Below are positions 27,615-39,822 of a DNA stretch of 64,000 bases, one piece after another. The stretch comes from Selaginella moellendorffii (Eukaryota; Plantae; Lycopodiophyta). The notes beneath the pieces are model-generated. The model searched no databases. It saw only the letters and a list, made by a program, of their open reading frames with translations, and was not told the DNA's origin. Numbering within the stretch: the first letter of the stretch is position 1; each line of letters opens with the position of its first letter. The stretch lies in assembly GCF_000143415.4 (NCBI RefSeq), contig NW_003314326.1:310001-374000 (forward strand). Direction: 5' to 3'. The position numbers and the translations under genes are program-made.

Positions 27615-28191
27615 TATCACAACTATGACTTCAAGTATCAAAAGATAATTATCAATTAGTCTTTATGAACATTGTTTCCTTACTATATTGTTGATTCCCT
27701 TTATTCCTCCACTTAAGCTAATTTAGTTTACACTTTACCAGATGATGAGCATAAAGACAAAATTTATAAATGCTGTTAGTTAAGCATATTTAGTTCAATT
27801 AAAGAAATTTATTTATTAACTAACACTTGCTAGTGTTGATATGGATCCTAGTGTTATATAATAGCTTATTGTGTATACCACTCTTGCTATTATACCCCTT
27901 GTATTAATTCTATTTCAATCTTATGTATTTTATATGGTAAGTGTTTAGATGTATATCTACAAAATGTAGAGTGTTTTAAACATCATAATATTGTTCCTAT
28001 ATCTTAATTTCTAGTCTAATGCCATTCCATATTAATAATTTTTCAAACTTATCCTAAAGAGTTAACTCTTGGGATTGGGGTGAAAGCCCAAAGTATACTT
28101 TTATATAACCAAATTGTATTAAATATTGTTTGACACCATTTTGTTTATAAGAGCTAGATATAAAGAGTTGGTGCTTATAAAGGATTGTACT

Positions 28192-29349
28192 TGTCGCGAA
28201 TATGACTTCGGGTATCGAAAGTTACCTATCGGCTAGTCCTTACATACACTCTTACTTTACTGCCACGATGGCAGGAGGTCGGTACTACTGGTTCCCTTTA
28301 TTAGCCCCTCTTGTTCAAGTGTTAGTAAACTGGACTTTGCATCTGTACTTGGCCGGATGAGCATAAGGAAGGAATTCCTAAGTGTCTATTGAGCTAAGCA
28401 TACTTGGCCCGGCTTGTTAGTTCTCTTTTGCTCTGTCTTGCACTGGCTTGACAAGAACCCTCGCGTATTGAGATTGGTCCCTCAATATCGCTACATGATA
28501 GCTTACTGTGTCTGCCAAACACCCTCGCTATCATGCCCTTTGTGTTAGTCTCATTTCGGTCCCAAATGCTATTTATGGAAAGTGTCCAGATTCGCTCATT
28601 TGGCATATCTACGAAATGTAGAGATCGTTCTGAACACAATGGTGTTCGTCCCATGTCCAAATTCGCAATCTAGGGACATTCCATATTTAGTAAGTTTCGA
28701 GCTTGTCCCAGAGACTAACTCCTGATACTAAGGGAGGCTTGGGGTGAAAGCCCAAAGCGTGTGTTCCTCAAGGGGGGGGGGGGGGGGGGGGGGCTGTGGG
28801 GGGTTCCAAATGTATAGTAGGGATAGTGGGTAGGTCGGGCATGGCTGACCAACCTGAGGCATAGTCTAGCTCCCGCTTGCATGCCTGTCCTTGTTCTGCG
28901 TCCGGCTTGGGTCTAAGCCCAAGCTCCATTCCATGCTAGTTGGTGGAGTACCCATGTCCTCGCGTTAGGCCACCGGTATGCCGAAATAGCGCCAGACTCC
29001 ATTTGGCTCCGTTTTGAGTGCTGGTCCTGGCATTGGGATGCTGGTTGCTCCAGGACTGTTCCAAGTCGCTCCGGGCTCCTGTCCCTTCGCTCCTTGGGCT
29101 TTATGCTTGGGAGTTGTTCCGTGGTTTGGTACCGTCACTCCTTGGCTTTGTGCTTGGGAGTTTGGCACCGTTCCTTCGTTCAGTGGCCCCAGGCTCTGAA
29201 CCTCGGGTTCCTATGGACACGTGGCATGGACACATGGCATGTGACACGTGGCATCTGTCATGTGGCACAAAGAGGGTTAGGTTCCGCTTCGTGGTGTTAT
29301 CCTATGGTAAATCACCATAGGATAAAGGGTCAAAACCACGTGCGCTACA
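28192..29349 (+). mobile_element. Young solo LTR-like insertion (1158 bp) with a GTACT target-site duplication
   Basis: Termini TGTCGCG...CGCTACA. GTACT lies at 28187-28191 and 29350-29354. GC and CpG content are retained relative to the flanks. Confidence 0.92.
28772..28793 (+). repeat. Poly-G tract (22 nt), resembling a polypurine tract
   Basis: Directly visible. It is followed after 1 nt by TGTGG, the start of the LTR unit. Confidence 0.9.
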
Positions 29350-29416
29350 GTACTACACCCTTATTTTGTAGTACAATAGGCTTGGAGTTTAACTCTTAAT
29401 TCAATTGTGCTACATT

Positions 29417-29427
29417 TGGTATTAGAG
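29417..29427 (+). other. Primer-binding site (tRNA-iMet type), decayed
   Basis: TGGTATTAGAG versus canonical TGGTATCAGAG, 2 nt after the LTR end. Confidence 0.8.
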
Positions 29428-30633
29428 AATTGTTTTAGTTTCTGTATAGTTTAAGATATTGAGATTAAGAGTTTATAAAAGGAAGTTTATAAATTAAAGA
29501 AGGAGAACAATAAAAGAAAAAAATATGTTAAAGCATCAAAAACAATTAAACTTAAGCAATTAAACTCCTCTTTAAGTTCTGAAAATATAAAGTTTTACAA
29601 TTACCCTTAGTTCCACAAGTTTCAAAGTTCAAACCCCTAAAACTACCAAATTTTAAAGACATGTGGGACTATCAAATTTTAGAAGATTGGGTCTACAATA
29701 TGAAAACTATTTTATAGTGGCAAACATAGATAATTGTATAAGAGTTGTATGCATGAAGTCTTTTTTCACCAATCATACCAAAACTTAATGGTGGTAGATA
29801 TGCACTGAAAAAGGGGCAAACTAGAAATTAGATTAAAATATAGTCTCATATTTATAAGGAATACTTGCCAAATGATTTTGGTTTAAGACTTCATGCAAAG
29901 CTATAATAGTTAAAGTAGTGTGGGGACCTTATATATTATATTAATATATTTGTTTTGAAACGTATTATGATTATAAATATAAGTGATGAAGATGTTCAAA
30001 GTTATTTTCTAAAAAATTTAAGTTCATCTTCTTGTAATAAGATTTTGGAGTTTAAGTTAAAGATATATATAAAGTGTAAGGAGGTAGCATAATAAATTGT
30101 CTTTCATCACTCACTCATGGAACAATATTAGTAGTTATATGCTTATATCTTGGATAGAAATAAGAACTCTATTCCAGAGGCTAAGTAACAATTAACAAAA
30201 GTGGTAGTTGGCAACTACTAATAATTTTTTTTGGTTCTCAACCCTTTGTTCTTCTTCTTCTTGGTGGGTATAAATAATAACAACTTGTACTAATAGAATA
30301 GGTAGTATGGGTTATTTTGTCCATTATGAAGAGGTAACATATATAAATCCTTAAAATATTCTAGCAAGCATAAATTGAAATTTTATATCAATGTCATAAA
30401 TGAAGACAATGGTGGTGGAATTGAAAGGGTTGATGAATTGGTTAATGTGGATTGAGAAAGAGAAGATAAGTTATTTTCTCCAAGCTTTTCTTCCAATTAA
30501 TGCAAATATTGATTTGTTGAACTACTTGAGAAACGATCCATATGAGTTCAAATATAAAATATAAGGGCCTATGAATAAAAGTACACCTTTTTTTTTTAAT
30601 TGGTTAAGGGTCTTCAAATACTTGAGGTTAAGC

Positions 30634-32472
30634 TGTAAGCGACTAATTTTTCCATTCTACTTTAGTCACTTAACCACGCCTCCTACCACTTGGAGGAGTC
30701 TCATTCACAACCTCCATCAGTCCAACTCAGGACTTGGGGCTTGCTAGCCCCGAGAATGGCATCCATGCCACTCAACCTTAGCACTTGGTCCAAGTGCTCC
30801 ACGTGTCCGATCCCATGATCGACACCCCAAGGTACCACTGACGTATCGGCCCGTTACGCTAAGGCCATGCCCAACTACCTTGGTCACACTGGTGGTCCAA
30901 CACCACCTGCATTCCAATCCCGTCTCTCAAAGACTGGGTCATCCGTCCATGAGGGATCCTCCCAGATCCACTCCTTAACATCCTTAGGATGCCTACAGAC
31001 ATGGGGAATAGCCTTCCCCAATATCTCTGTTCTGGTCCCCACCAAGTCCCTTTCTGTCCTTGGCTGTGTTCGCCAACACTGCCACTGGATCAAGGCCCAC
31101 CGGCCCGACCACTAAGTCCCACTATCCTCGAGGACTTCCTCACTGTGTGACTGTGTCCTTGGTCACCCCACCAGAGGGCTACCCCTCTTCCTTTCCACAG
31201 TTTGGGACTTTGGGACACCATTTCGGAACACCGTGGCCTTACGCGAGCCACCTGGGTACTCTCCCCACCTTTCGCCTTTAGGTGCTCTAGCCATGGGCTT
31301 AGAGCGAGGTTCCGTTGAGCCACGCCTGGTATCCAAGTAGGTAGTGCCACCCACACTTGGACTGGGAGCATCGGCCAGTCGATCTCCCGGGGGAACTAGA
31401 GCCGGCTCTTGAACACTTCACCAAGCTACCCCACTTGTCGGTCCGTGTTCACTCTAGTTTTGGACTTCCCAGTGGGCAGCTCATCACCCAACACTGGGTC
31501 CGGCCTTCCTGGGCCAAACTGGCCTTTCCTGGCCAAACTGGCTCCACTGCAGTCCTCCCCCTACTATACTTTTGGAGCTCACCAAACCCCCCAGGGTCTG
31601 GGAGACGAACGCTTTGGGCTTTCACCCTCTCAGGCTCCGGACTCGGACTCGGACTCGGACTCGGACTCGGACTCGGACTCGGACTCGGACTCGGATTCGG
31701 ACTCGAACTCGGACTTGGGCTCGGCCTCGGTCTCGGTCTCGGTCCCGATCTCGGTCTCGGTCTCGGTCTCGGTCCCGGTCTCGGTCTTGGTCCCAGTCTC
31801 GACTTTGGACTCCATCTCGGGTCCATCTCGGACTCCAGCTCGGACTCCATCTCGGACTCCATCTCGGGTCCATCTCGGGTCCATCTCGGACTCCATCTCG
31901 AACTCCACCTCGGACTCCATCTCGGGTCCACCTCGGACTCCATCTCGGGTCCATCTCAGGTCCCATCTCAGGTCCATCTCGGGTCCATCTCGGACTCCAT
32001 CTCGGACTCCATCTCGGGTCCATCTCGGACTCCATCTCGGACTCCATTTCGGGTCCATCTCGGGTCCACCTCGGACTCCACCTCGGACTCCATCTCGGGT
32101 CCATCTCGGGTCCACCTCGGACTCCACCTCGGACTCCACCTCGGACTCCACCTCGGACTCCACCTTGGACTCCATCTCGGACTCCATCTCGGACTCCATC
32201 TCGGACTCCACTTCGGACTCCAACTCGGGTCCATCTCGGACACTTCCACGTGTCATGTGTTGGTCCCTTTGGGTCCCTTTTTGGAGCCTCGCTTATTGCT
32301 CGCTTTGTGCTCGTTCCTCGAACACTTTGTTGGGAGTTCCACTCCCGCTCTCAACCTTTCAAGTCGGAGCTTTTAGTCCAAACGTTTTACGCTCGTTTGG
32401 CTTTCGCTTCGGCCACTACCACGTGGCACCCCTCCAGCTCCACTCTGGGGCCTAGGGACTTTGTGTCTCACA
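30634..32472. mobile_element. Young solo LTR (1839 bp) with a TAAGC target-site duplication
   Basis: TGT...ACA termini. TAAGC lies at 30629-30633 and 32473-32477. A decayed relative is at 1-336. Confidence 0.92.
31638..32240. repeat. Minisatellite inside the LTR: (GGACTC)n, (GGTCTC)n, then 11/12-bp units GGACTCCATCTC, GGGTCCATCTC and GGACTCCACCTC
   Basis: Directly visible. It explains the low-complexity ORFs in all frames. Confidence 0.97.
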
Positions 32473-35400
32473 TAAGCATCCTAGCTCAAGTTGATATTGT
32501 TGTCCATTGGCTAGCATTGTGGCAGCAACCTGTGTAAGTGTCTGTCCCCGTTACCATCGTACACTGCTAGCCAGATGCTAGTCACAGGGTTTGAATAATA
32601 TTAAGTTGGATGACTTCCTGGAAAGTTTAAATTCATTCGGGTCCAACTCTATTAGTTGGTTAAGAGAATCACATTATATATTAATTGACATTTAGCAAGT
32701 TTAATTTGCTCTAGCTGGGCTCAATCCGATGGGTAGGGTGTTGCGAAAACAATATTAACAATCAAAGAAAACAACTTGAGAAACGACCCATAATTGTTCA
32801 AATATATAGAAAAAGAGCCCATGAATAAAAGTGCACCCCTTTTTTCAATTGGTTAAGGGTTTTAGGATACTTAGGGTTAAGCGTTCTTGGGTTTGAATAA
32901 TACTAAACTGGATAACCTTCCAGGTTAGTACTAGATAACCTTCCAGGAAGTTCAAATTTATGAGCTTACATATATTTTATAAGCTTTGTCCATGGACATT
33001 GAACATAAAAGCTATGTACAGTGTGATATTCAAAAAATTAAATTAAGCTGTTAAGATTGAAAATTGAACAAACATTACTCATACACTTTTGATTTGCAAA
33101 AGGTGCGCAAGTAATTAGAAAGTTTATAAATGATGTTTCTATAAAGATATTAGAAAAATTAGATTTAATAGTATTGAGATACTACATTTTTAAATGGTGT
33201 TTGGTATGGATTTTTTCAATAAGTATATCTAAGGGATATATAGTGCTAGATAAAGTTACACCATGTTGAGGTTAGAAGGTTGTCTTGATATATCCTTTCA
33301 ATTACAAAAACATTCTTCAAGGGATTGAGATGTTATGTTTTTAACTATGAGAATAACTTTAAAAGTAGTTAAAAAAGGATGTTAAACCTTTTGGAATCAC
33401 ATGATGGAAGCCGAGAGTGATGATAATCAAGTTTAAATTAGTGAAAATTTTGGAGTTACTGGTATATTTTCCTGAAAGATTTACCACTAGAGCTATCTCT
33501 TAGCCTTAAGATTGATCATTATATTAAATTTATTCCAGATTTTAAATTGCCCATAAAAGCTTTATACCATTTGAACATCAAGAAATGAATGAACTCAAAA
33601 AGTAATTTATAAAGCTTTTTGACAAAGGTTATATCCAACCAAATAAATGACTTTATGAAGTGTTGGTCCTTTTTGTTATGAAAAAAGATGGTATCATATA
33701 TCAATGCTCACAACAATTAGAAATAGTTATCCATTATCTCACATTAATGACTTTCTTGACTAGCTTTTAAAGGCTAAGTATTTTACATAACTTGATTTGT
33801 GATTTGGGTATTATCAAATATGAATGGTAAATTAATATATGAAGAAGACAAACTTTAAAACTAGTTATAGATTTTATGAGTTTATGGTTATGTTTTTTGG
33901 GCTATGTAATGCTTTGGCTACATTTAATATAATGATAAATAGAATATTTAGAGATTATTTTAACACATTTTGTTGTCTTATATATTGACAATGTTCTAAT
34001 CTTTAATGAAATGTTAAAGGATCATTTGAACACTTAGAATAAGTGTTTTAGAAGTTGCAAGAAAATAAATTATATGTTAAAGAGAGTAAATGTGCTTTTG
34101 GTCAATTGCATATGAGTTTTTTTAAGCATATAGTTAATGGTGGTGTAATCAAGATGAATCCAAAAGAAATTAAAAATGGTGAAGTCCTAAGAAGTCCTAA
34201 CCCTATATTAAATATTTGTTCCTTTCATGGTTTGTTGGAATATTATTACAAGTTTGTTCGCAGTTTTGTAAGTTTTGCAAATTTTGTTTTTCCATTTACT
34301 AAGAGTAATATACCATTTTATTGGACACTAATTTGTCAATGTGCTTTTATATAATTAAAAGATAGTTTATGTTCCCAAGATTCTAAATCTTAATAAACCC
34401 TTTGAAGTGCATTGTGATGTCTTTAGATATGTTATAAGTGTTGTGTTGTAACAAGATTGTGACAATGCAATTAATATTATGCTAACGTGATGCAATTGTC
34501 CTGTTATGTTTTACTCCAAAAAATTGGATGAAACCTCACAAAGATAGTTTACACATATAATGTCAATATTAGAATATTAATAATCTAATTGCTTGTTTGT
34601 GGAAAGTGTTTAAATTTATTAATGAAGTATATCTATAAAATGTAAAGATTATCAACAATGGTATTGCCAAACTTATAATTTAGCACCATTCCATATTAAG
34701 TAAATTATCATAAAGATTGGGACAGGGATGAAGGAATGTATAATAGAGGTACAGGATAAGTTGGGTATGGAGAGAGTGGTGGCAGACAAAAGTGTGCAAA
34801 GGCCATCAGTTTTTGCAAGCACAAAAGACAGCCATTGCTCTTCCAGGCAGGTGTCTGTGATAGATGCTAAACTTCGAGATTTGAGTTGACGAGACAGTCT
34901 ATGGTGGTCGATAAAAGTCATGGATTGATTGCCAAACTTCTCATTGATGACAACATTGTTCAGTCTCGTCAGCTTGCATCATGTGTCCAAGTTTGTTCGC
35001 AGTTTTGTAAGTTTTGCAAGTTTTGTTTGGCATCTATCATCCCCTGGCCCCAATACCCAACACTCGTCCAGGTTTGGAGATGCTTGGCGCTTCTTGCCAT
35101 TGCGCTTTCAGGCGAGTGTGGAAAATTTTAATGTTCTGGGGGCACTGCGCCACGAATTTCCTCACCTTGTACTGCTGGAACCGGGTTTTTTTTTTCAAAT
35201 GGAAATCAAATTTGATCTCAGTGGAACAATCGAATATGATGTTTCGCGCGTTTTGCACTCACACACACAGAAGGGAACTAGCTACACAAGTAACGAGCAC
35301 ATATCCCAGAGAGAAGCGTGCCCCAATGTTTTGTGAGCCCATCGAGCCCAAATTCCATGCCAACCAATCGAGCTTCCATAAGATCATTCCAAGCGAAGCT

Positions 35401-35585
35401 GGTGAAGAACGATCGATCGGTCCAGCTCCCTGCTGACTGCTAGGAGATCCTGACTAGCTGCGGCATCACCTCATCCACGAAGAACCCTCTGGGAACCCAT
35501 CACAATCGCATGTTGAGGATCTTTAATATTCTCGCAGGACTTTGAGCGTTGGATTCTTTATAAACCAGAGCATCGAGATAATAAA

Positions 35586-37462
35586 CTAAAGATTGGAAGG
35601 CTTGAAAACGTTGAAATCGCTGAAGGATGTCGAGACAATCGTTCCTAGGAGCTGGGGATGCCAGTGAAGTTCCTTCAAGTCCCTTTGGCCCTGGCACAGG
35701 AAAGAGAAGAGAAGAGATACATTCACTTCAGCTACATCAGAATAAAAAACACTACCTGGTGAACGAACAACAAGCTTTCTGGCAAGCCTTTCGGAGCAGC
35801 CACTGATTGCTTCACTTGTGCTTCTTCTTCTGGATCGGCTTCCACAGAAAAATCCCACACACTGCTCATAACAAGGATAGAATATGAGCTAAACTGAAAA
35901 AAAGAGAGACGCGGCGACATACCTTAACTGGTTGTCAGCCGAGGTTGCCGCCAGCATTGAACTGTCATGAGGAGACCATTCGATGGAAGTTATTGGGGCG
36001 GAATGGTAGTTTGTCATCCATATGGGACCGTCCTACAAAAACTTAGATATCAGGAATACTATTGACGCACAGAAGCATACCTTCAAATGCTTCAAATTCC
36101 ATAAGTAGATGATACCGTCGTCACCGCCAGAGGCAAGCACCGAATCTGATCTGCCAAGACAAGGAAATGTTGGAACAGTTGTGACTTATTAGGAAGTACA
36201 AACCTCCAAGATATCACGTTAACGTCCGCGTCGTGGATCTTCCACATCGCTGTGCAAGTACAAGTTGGCACATCCCACAGCCTGAGTGTTCCATCAGAAG
36301 AGCAAGATGCAAGCCGAAAGGGATCCAACGTCGGACACCACTGATAGACAGACATAAACATTTAGACACGAAATGAAGGTGAAAGCTTGCCTGCAAATCT
36401 TCGACGCTGGACGAATGTCCAACAAGAGCTCGACCTCCAACGATCCATTCGCGTCGATTTGGTTGCCAGACATGGATCACTCCGTTGTTATCGCCTGGAG
36501 ACAAACAAGAACGCTTTTAAGCAAGACATGAAATCTCTCGAGTTCATGTAATCAATCAGACCAGATGCAAGCCATCCTTGGTGCGCTAGACTCCAGTCGA
36601 GAGCAAATCCTTCCACCTCGTGACCAGAAAAGACTTGGAGGGGTGCCTGGTGTGCAATGCGAGAAGAGCTTCCGGCGTTGCCGGAAGAGAGCTCTTGCAA
36701 GAGGCTTTTGACGTCCCAAATCTGAACCAGATACCTGAGAGCATCGTAAAACCATGGCAGACTTGACTTTCAGACCTGGACGACGCCGGTCTCCGACCAT
36801 GTTGCGATGATGTTTGGTTCTTGTGGCATGGAACGAATACGATTGATGCATCCATGGTGAGCTATCATCCGGACCTGGTCGATCGAGAAAACAAACGCCT
36901 TAGAGAAAAGGTGTAGCGTGGATGCTGCCAACCTCAAGCTTGGGAGTTTTGTCGCTCATTTCTTCGTCGTCACTCTCGTCGCTGCTGCTGCTGCTAGAGT
37001 CGCCATCGTCACTAGCAGCCAACTCCACGCCTCTTTTCTTCCCGCTGATGTTGGTCAGCTTAGCAACGATGAGCCGATTATCTGCAGGCTTTGCAGCCTA
37101 GAAACCATGAGGAAAAGTGTTTAAAACGTTTGAGATTCCAAGGCTTGTTGAGACTGGAGACTCACCTGCGTTCCAGCAGTACAGAACAAGGTGAGAGGAA
37201 ACTCGTGTCGCAGCGCCCCCAGTTCGTCTCGCAGAATATCAAAGCTTTCCACACTCGATCACAACAATGCCCCTACACTTGTAAGTTACCTCAGACACGG
37301 CCAGCCCAATCGAAACGCATGGATGGTGTCATAGGCGGATGGCTCGTATTGGAGCTCCTCGCCTTCGTCGAGTGGATCAACCCCCGGCCGCCACACCTCC
37401 AGCTTTGGAGATGCTCCCCGGCGCTGCTTGGAGCTCTTTTTCTTCCTCCCTGACCGCGCCAT
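35586..37462 (-). CDS. GRWD1: WD40 protein, GRWD1/RRB1-like ribosome-assembly factor (multi-exon)
   Basis: VWRPGVDPLDEGEELQY, WPCL|SFDIL, GHEVEGFALDWS, GHSSSVEDLQW, HDADVNVISW, LLFVHQ|GQRDLKELHWHPQ, FNVFKPSNL. Confidence 0.9.
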
Positions 37463-37467
37463 TGGGG

Positions 37468-37476
37468 TTAGGGTTT
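37468..37476 (-). promoter_or_regulatory. Telo-box (AAACCCTAA) just upstream of the GRWD1-like start
   Basis: TTAGGGTTT on the + strand. Telo-boxes are typical of plant ribosome-biogenesis gene promoters. Confidence 0.6.
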
Positions 37477-38508
37477 AAGATATTCGTTTGAAATTGAGTT
37501 GTTAGTCAATGGTAGTCAACAATATTTGACTTTTGACTTGATTGACTTTTCTGTAATGCTAGTTAGCCATTTAGAGAAGGAGCTTCAACGGAAGCCAGAT
37601 CTAGAGGGAAGTTGTGAGCGTTAGTCAATATCAAATATTTGACTTCTGACACGATTGACATTATTTGACTATCATTGACCTTTTTGAGCTCGTGAGGACA
37701 CTATGCAGTCTGCTCCTTCTACACGACCAACCCAAACAAGCAATGCTCTCGCCGTGATCTCCAAATTTGCGTAAACCCTTTGCTACTGTAGATGCTCGTC
37801 GTGACTGACGAAGAGCTCGACGGCTTTTGTTAACGCTTTGGGTGGACTGGCGGTTGAGCTGATCTCCCAGCTGCCTGGAAGAGCAATGGCTCCGTGTTGG
37901 AACCAGTTGCTTCTGCGCACGTTTGTCCGCCGCCACTCTCTTCTGGTGGTCTGCGTGGAAAGTTACACTGGGCCACATTCCTCGAGGACCTTTTGGCTTT
38001 CCAAAAGATCTCGAGTCGCTAAACAAGTGAATGAATCGAAGTGAAGTGAGTAAAACATCATCAACCAAGACACTCAACCTGCTCAGGTGAAGACACTCCT
38101 ACACAAATTACAGGTGTGGGCTTTCATGACTAACCTGTAATGTAATGTTCTCGTGTTCTTCGAGTTCACGACTTTGCTCATGGCTTGATGGTGAAATACT
38201 GTCCTCTTGTTTGCTTGTGAGGCTTCTAGAGCTCCAAATTTCTTGTATAATAGGATACAAACCACGTATACGTGGTCCACTTTGGAGAGATTCCAGATCT
38301 GTGGCCTATCGTTCAGATTCTCTCTACTGGGCGCTAGAACATACTCGCAAGTGTCAGACGGACAAAACTGCTAGCATTCCACTTTTAGTGCCAAAAAAAA
38401 AAAATATCTCTGCTTTGCAGCAAAAGCGGCAGCAGCTGACGATTGGGTTACGAGATCTCTCCCCAGTAGAAATAAAAAAGAAGAAAAAAAACGGTGCTAC
38501 GGAGAGCT

Positions 38509-39822
38509 CTACGTCTGTGCTTTCTTGCGTAGATTCATCACTCTCTCCAGTTCTTCCGAGCCTCCCACTTCTTCGAGCTCCTGCAAATCAGGAACCAAAT
38601 TAGTCATACAACCGTTCTTTTTCTCTTTTCGTTGCGTACCTTTGGGCCCAAGAAAAGCCCGTATGGAACACCTTGAAACAAATCAGCGTGATGGAGCTAC
38701 AAGAAGAAAGTCTCGAGTCGATCAGTCAGAAGAAGGAAAGAAAAACTGAGTTTTTACTTTGTGTGCTGCTGCTACTTTCTGGAAGTAAGGAACGTTTGCG
38801 ATGGGTCCAACCGGGAATCGACGATGAACTAAGCCGTCATGCACGAACATATAAGCCATTCCAAACACTGTGATCCCCAAGCCCTGCGCAAAGATCCATC
38901 CATTCATCGCTCAAGATCGATCAGAGTCAAGGCGATGAGAGGGGCAACTTACCGCTCCAAAGCACAAGCCCGGGAAGAGACCTTTGTTGAAGAAACCATA
39001 CGCGAGGAGCGCGATCGCTGGCACCGCATTCACGATGGCGAAAACGTCGTTGAGCTCGAATGGACCTTCGCGGGGCCGATGGTGTGACTGGATAGGAGCA
39101 CGAATTTTCAAAGCTTAGAGAGAACTTGGGAGAACTTGGAAGAAACTTGCAAAGGTTCCAGATCTTTACCTCGTGCATATCCCAGAGAGAAGCGTGCCAC
39201 AATGCTTTGTGAGCCCATCGAGCCCAGAACTCCATGCCAACCTGACCAATCGAGCTTCCATAAGATCATCCAAGACGAGAGAGAAAGAAGAAGAAGAAGA
39301 GGAACTCACCGCTGCTCCAAACGCCAAGGAGAAAGTTCCAAACATCTCTAGCACTGGCACCTCGCCACTTCCCTGCAAAATGCCACCTCGAGGCATCAGA
39401 CCGAGCAAGAGGAGAGACAAAGTTCGCGAGCTTCACACCTGCATTTGCCACACGAATCTATAGTACACTGACGCAGCTGCCAGCGTCGTGATTCCCACCG
39501 TGGAGGCCACCGCCGCAAACAAGTAGGTACTCCTCTCCGCCTTGATCCTAGAGCTGGAAGAACTAGCCACTTCTCTCAAAGAACTCCTCGGCTCCTTCAC
39601 AATCTCCGACTTGGGCAGCGCCAATTGCTCGCCGGCATTGCCGCCCTGCTCGCGCCCCGCGGCAGCGAGCACGAATCTGCGAGCCCTGGCAGCGCGACTG
39701 GAGCTGGCGCCACAATTGGACGAAGACATCATCACCGAGTGTAGCGATGGTAGCAGCGATCGCTCTAGGCCGCCCAGGATCCGGAGCTTGTAGGGGACCG
39801 TGAGCATCGAATACGCGCCCAT
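38509..39822 (-). CDS. CHYB: Beta-carotene 3-hydroxylase (non-heme di-iron), plastid
   Basis: MEFWARWAHKALWHASLW.MHE|SHHRPREGPFELNDVFAI, AYMFVHDGLVHRRFPVGPIA, GVPYGLFLGPKE. Confidence 0.95.

Larger units (their letters stand above)
27615..34560 (+). mobile_element. Decayed Ty3/gypsy element: 5' LTR (27615-28191 + 29355-29414), PBS and gag-pol remnants, with nested insertions
   Basis: The LTR ends TGCTACA and is followed by TGGTATTAGAG (tRNA-Met PBS with one C>T). RT/RNase H remnants at about 33500-34450 (FMVM.FGLCNA, LQENKLYVKESKCAFG, PFEVHCD). Confidence 0.85.

Noticed and set aside
31638-32240. CRISPR-like array
   Set aside because: The units are contiguous 6-12-mers with no unique spacers, there are no cas genes, and the context is eukaryotic.
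31357-32537. Long ORFs in nearly all frames (GL, SD, RT and SPRW repeats)
   Set aside because: Artefacts of a stop-poor minisatellite inside a TSD-flanked solo LTR.
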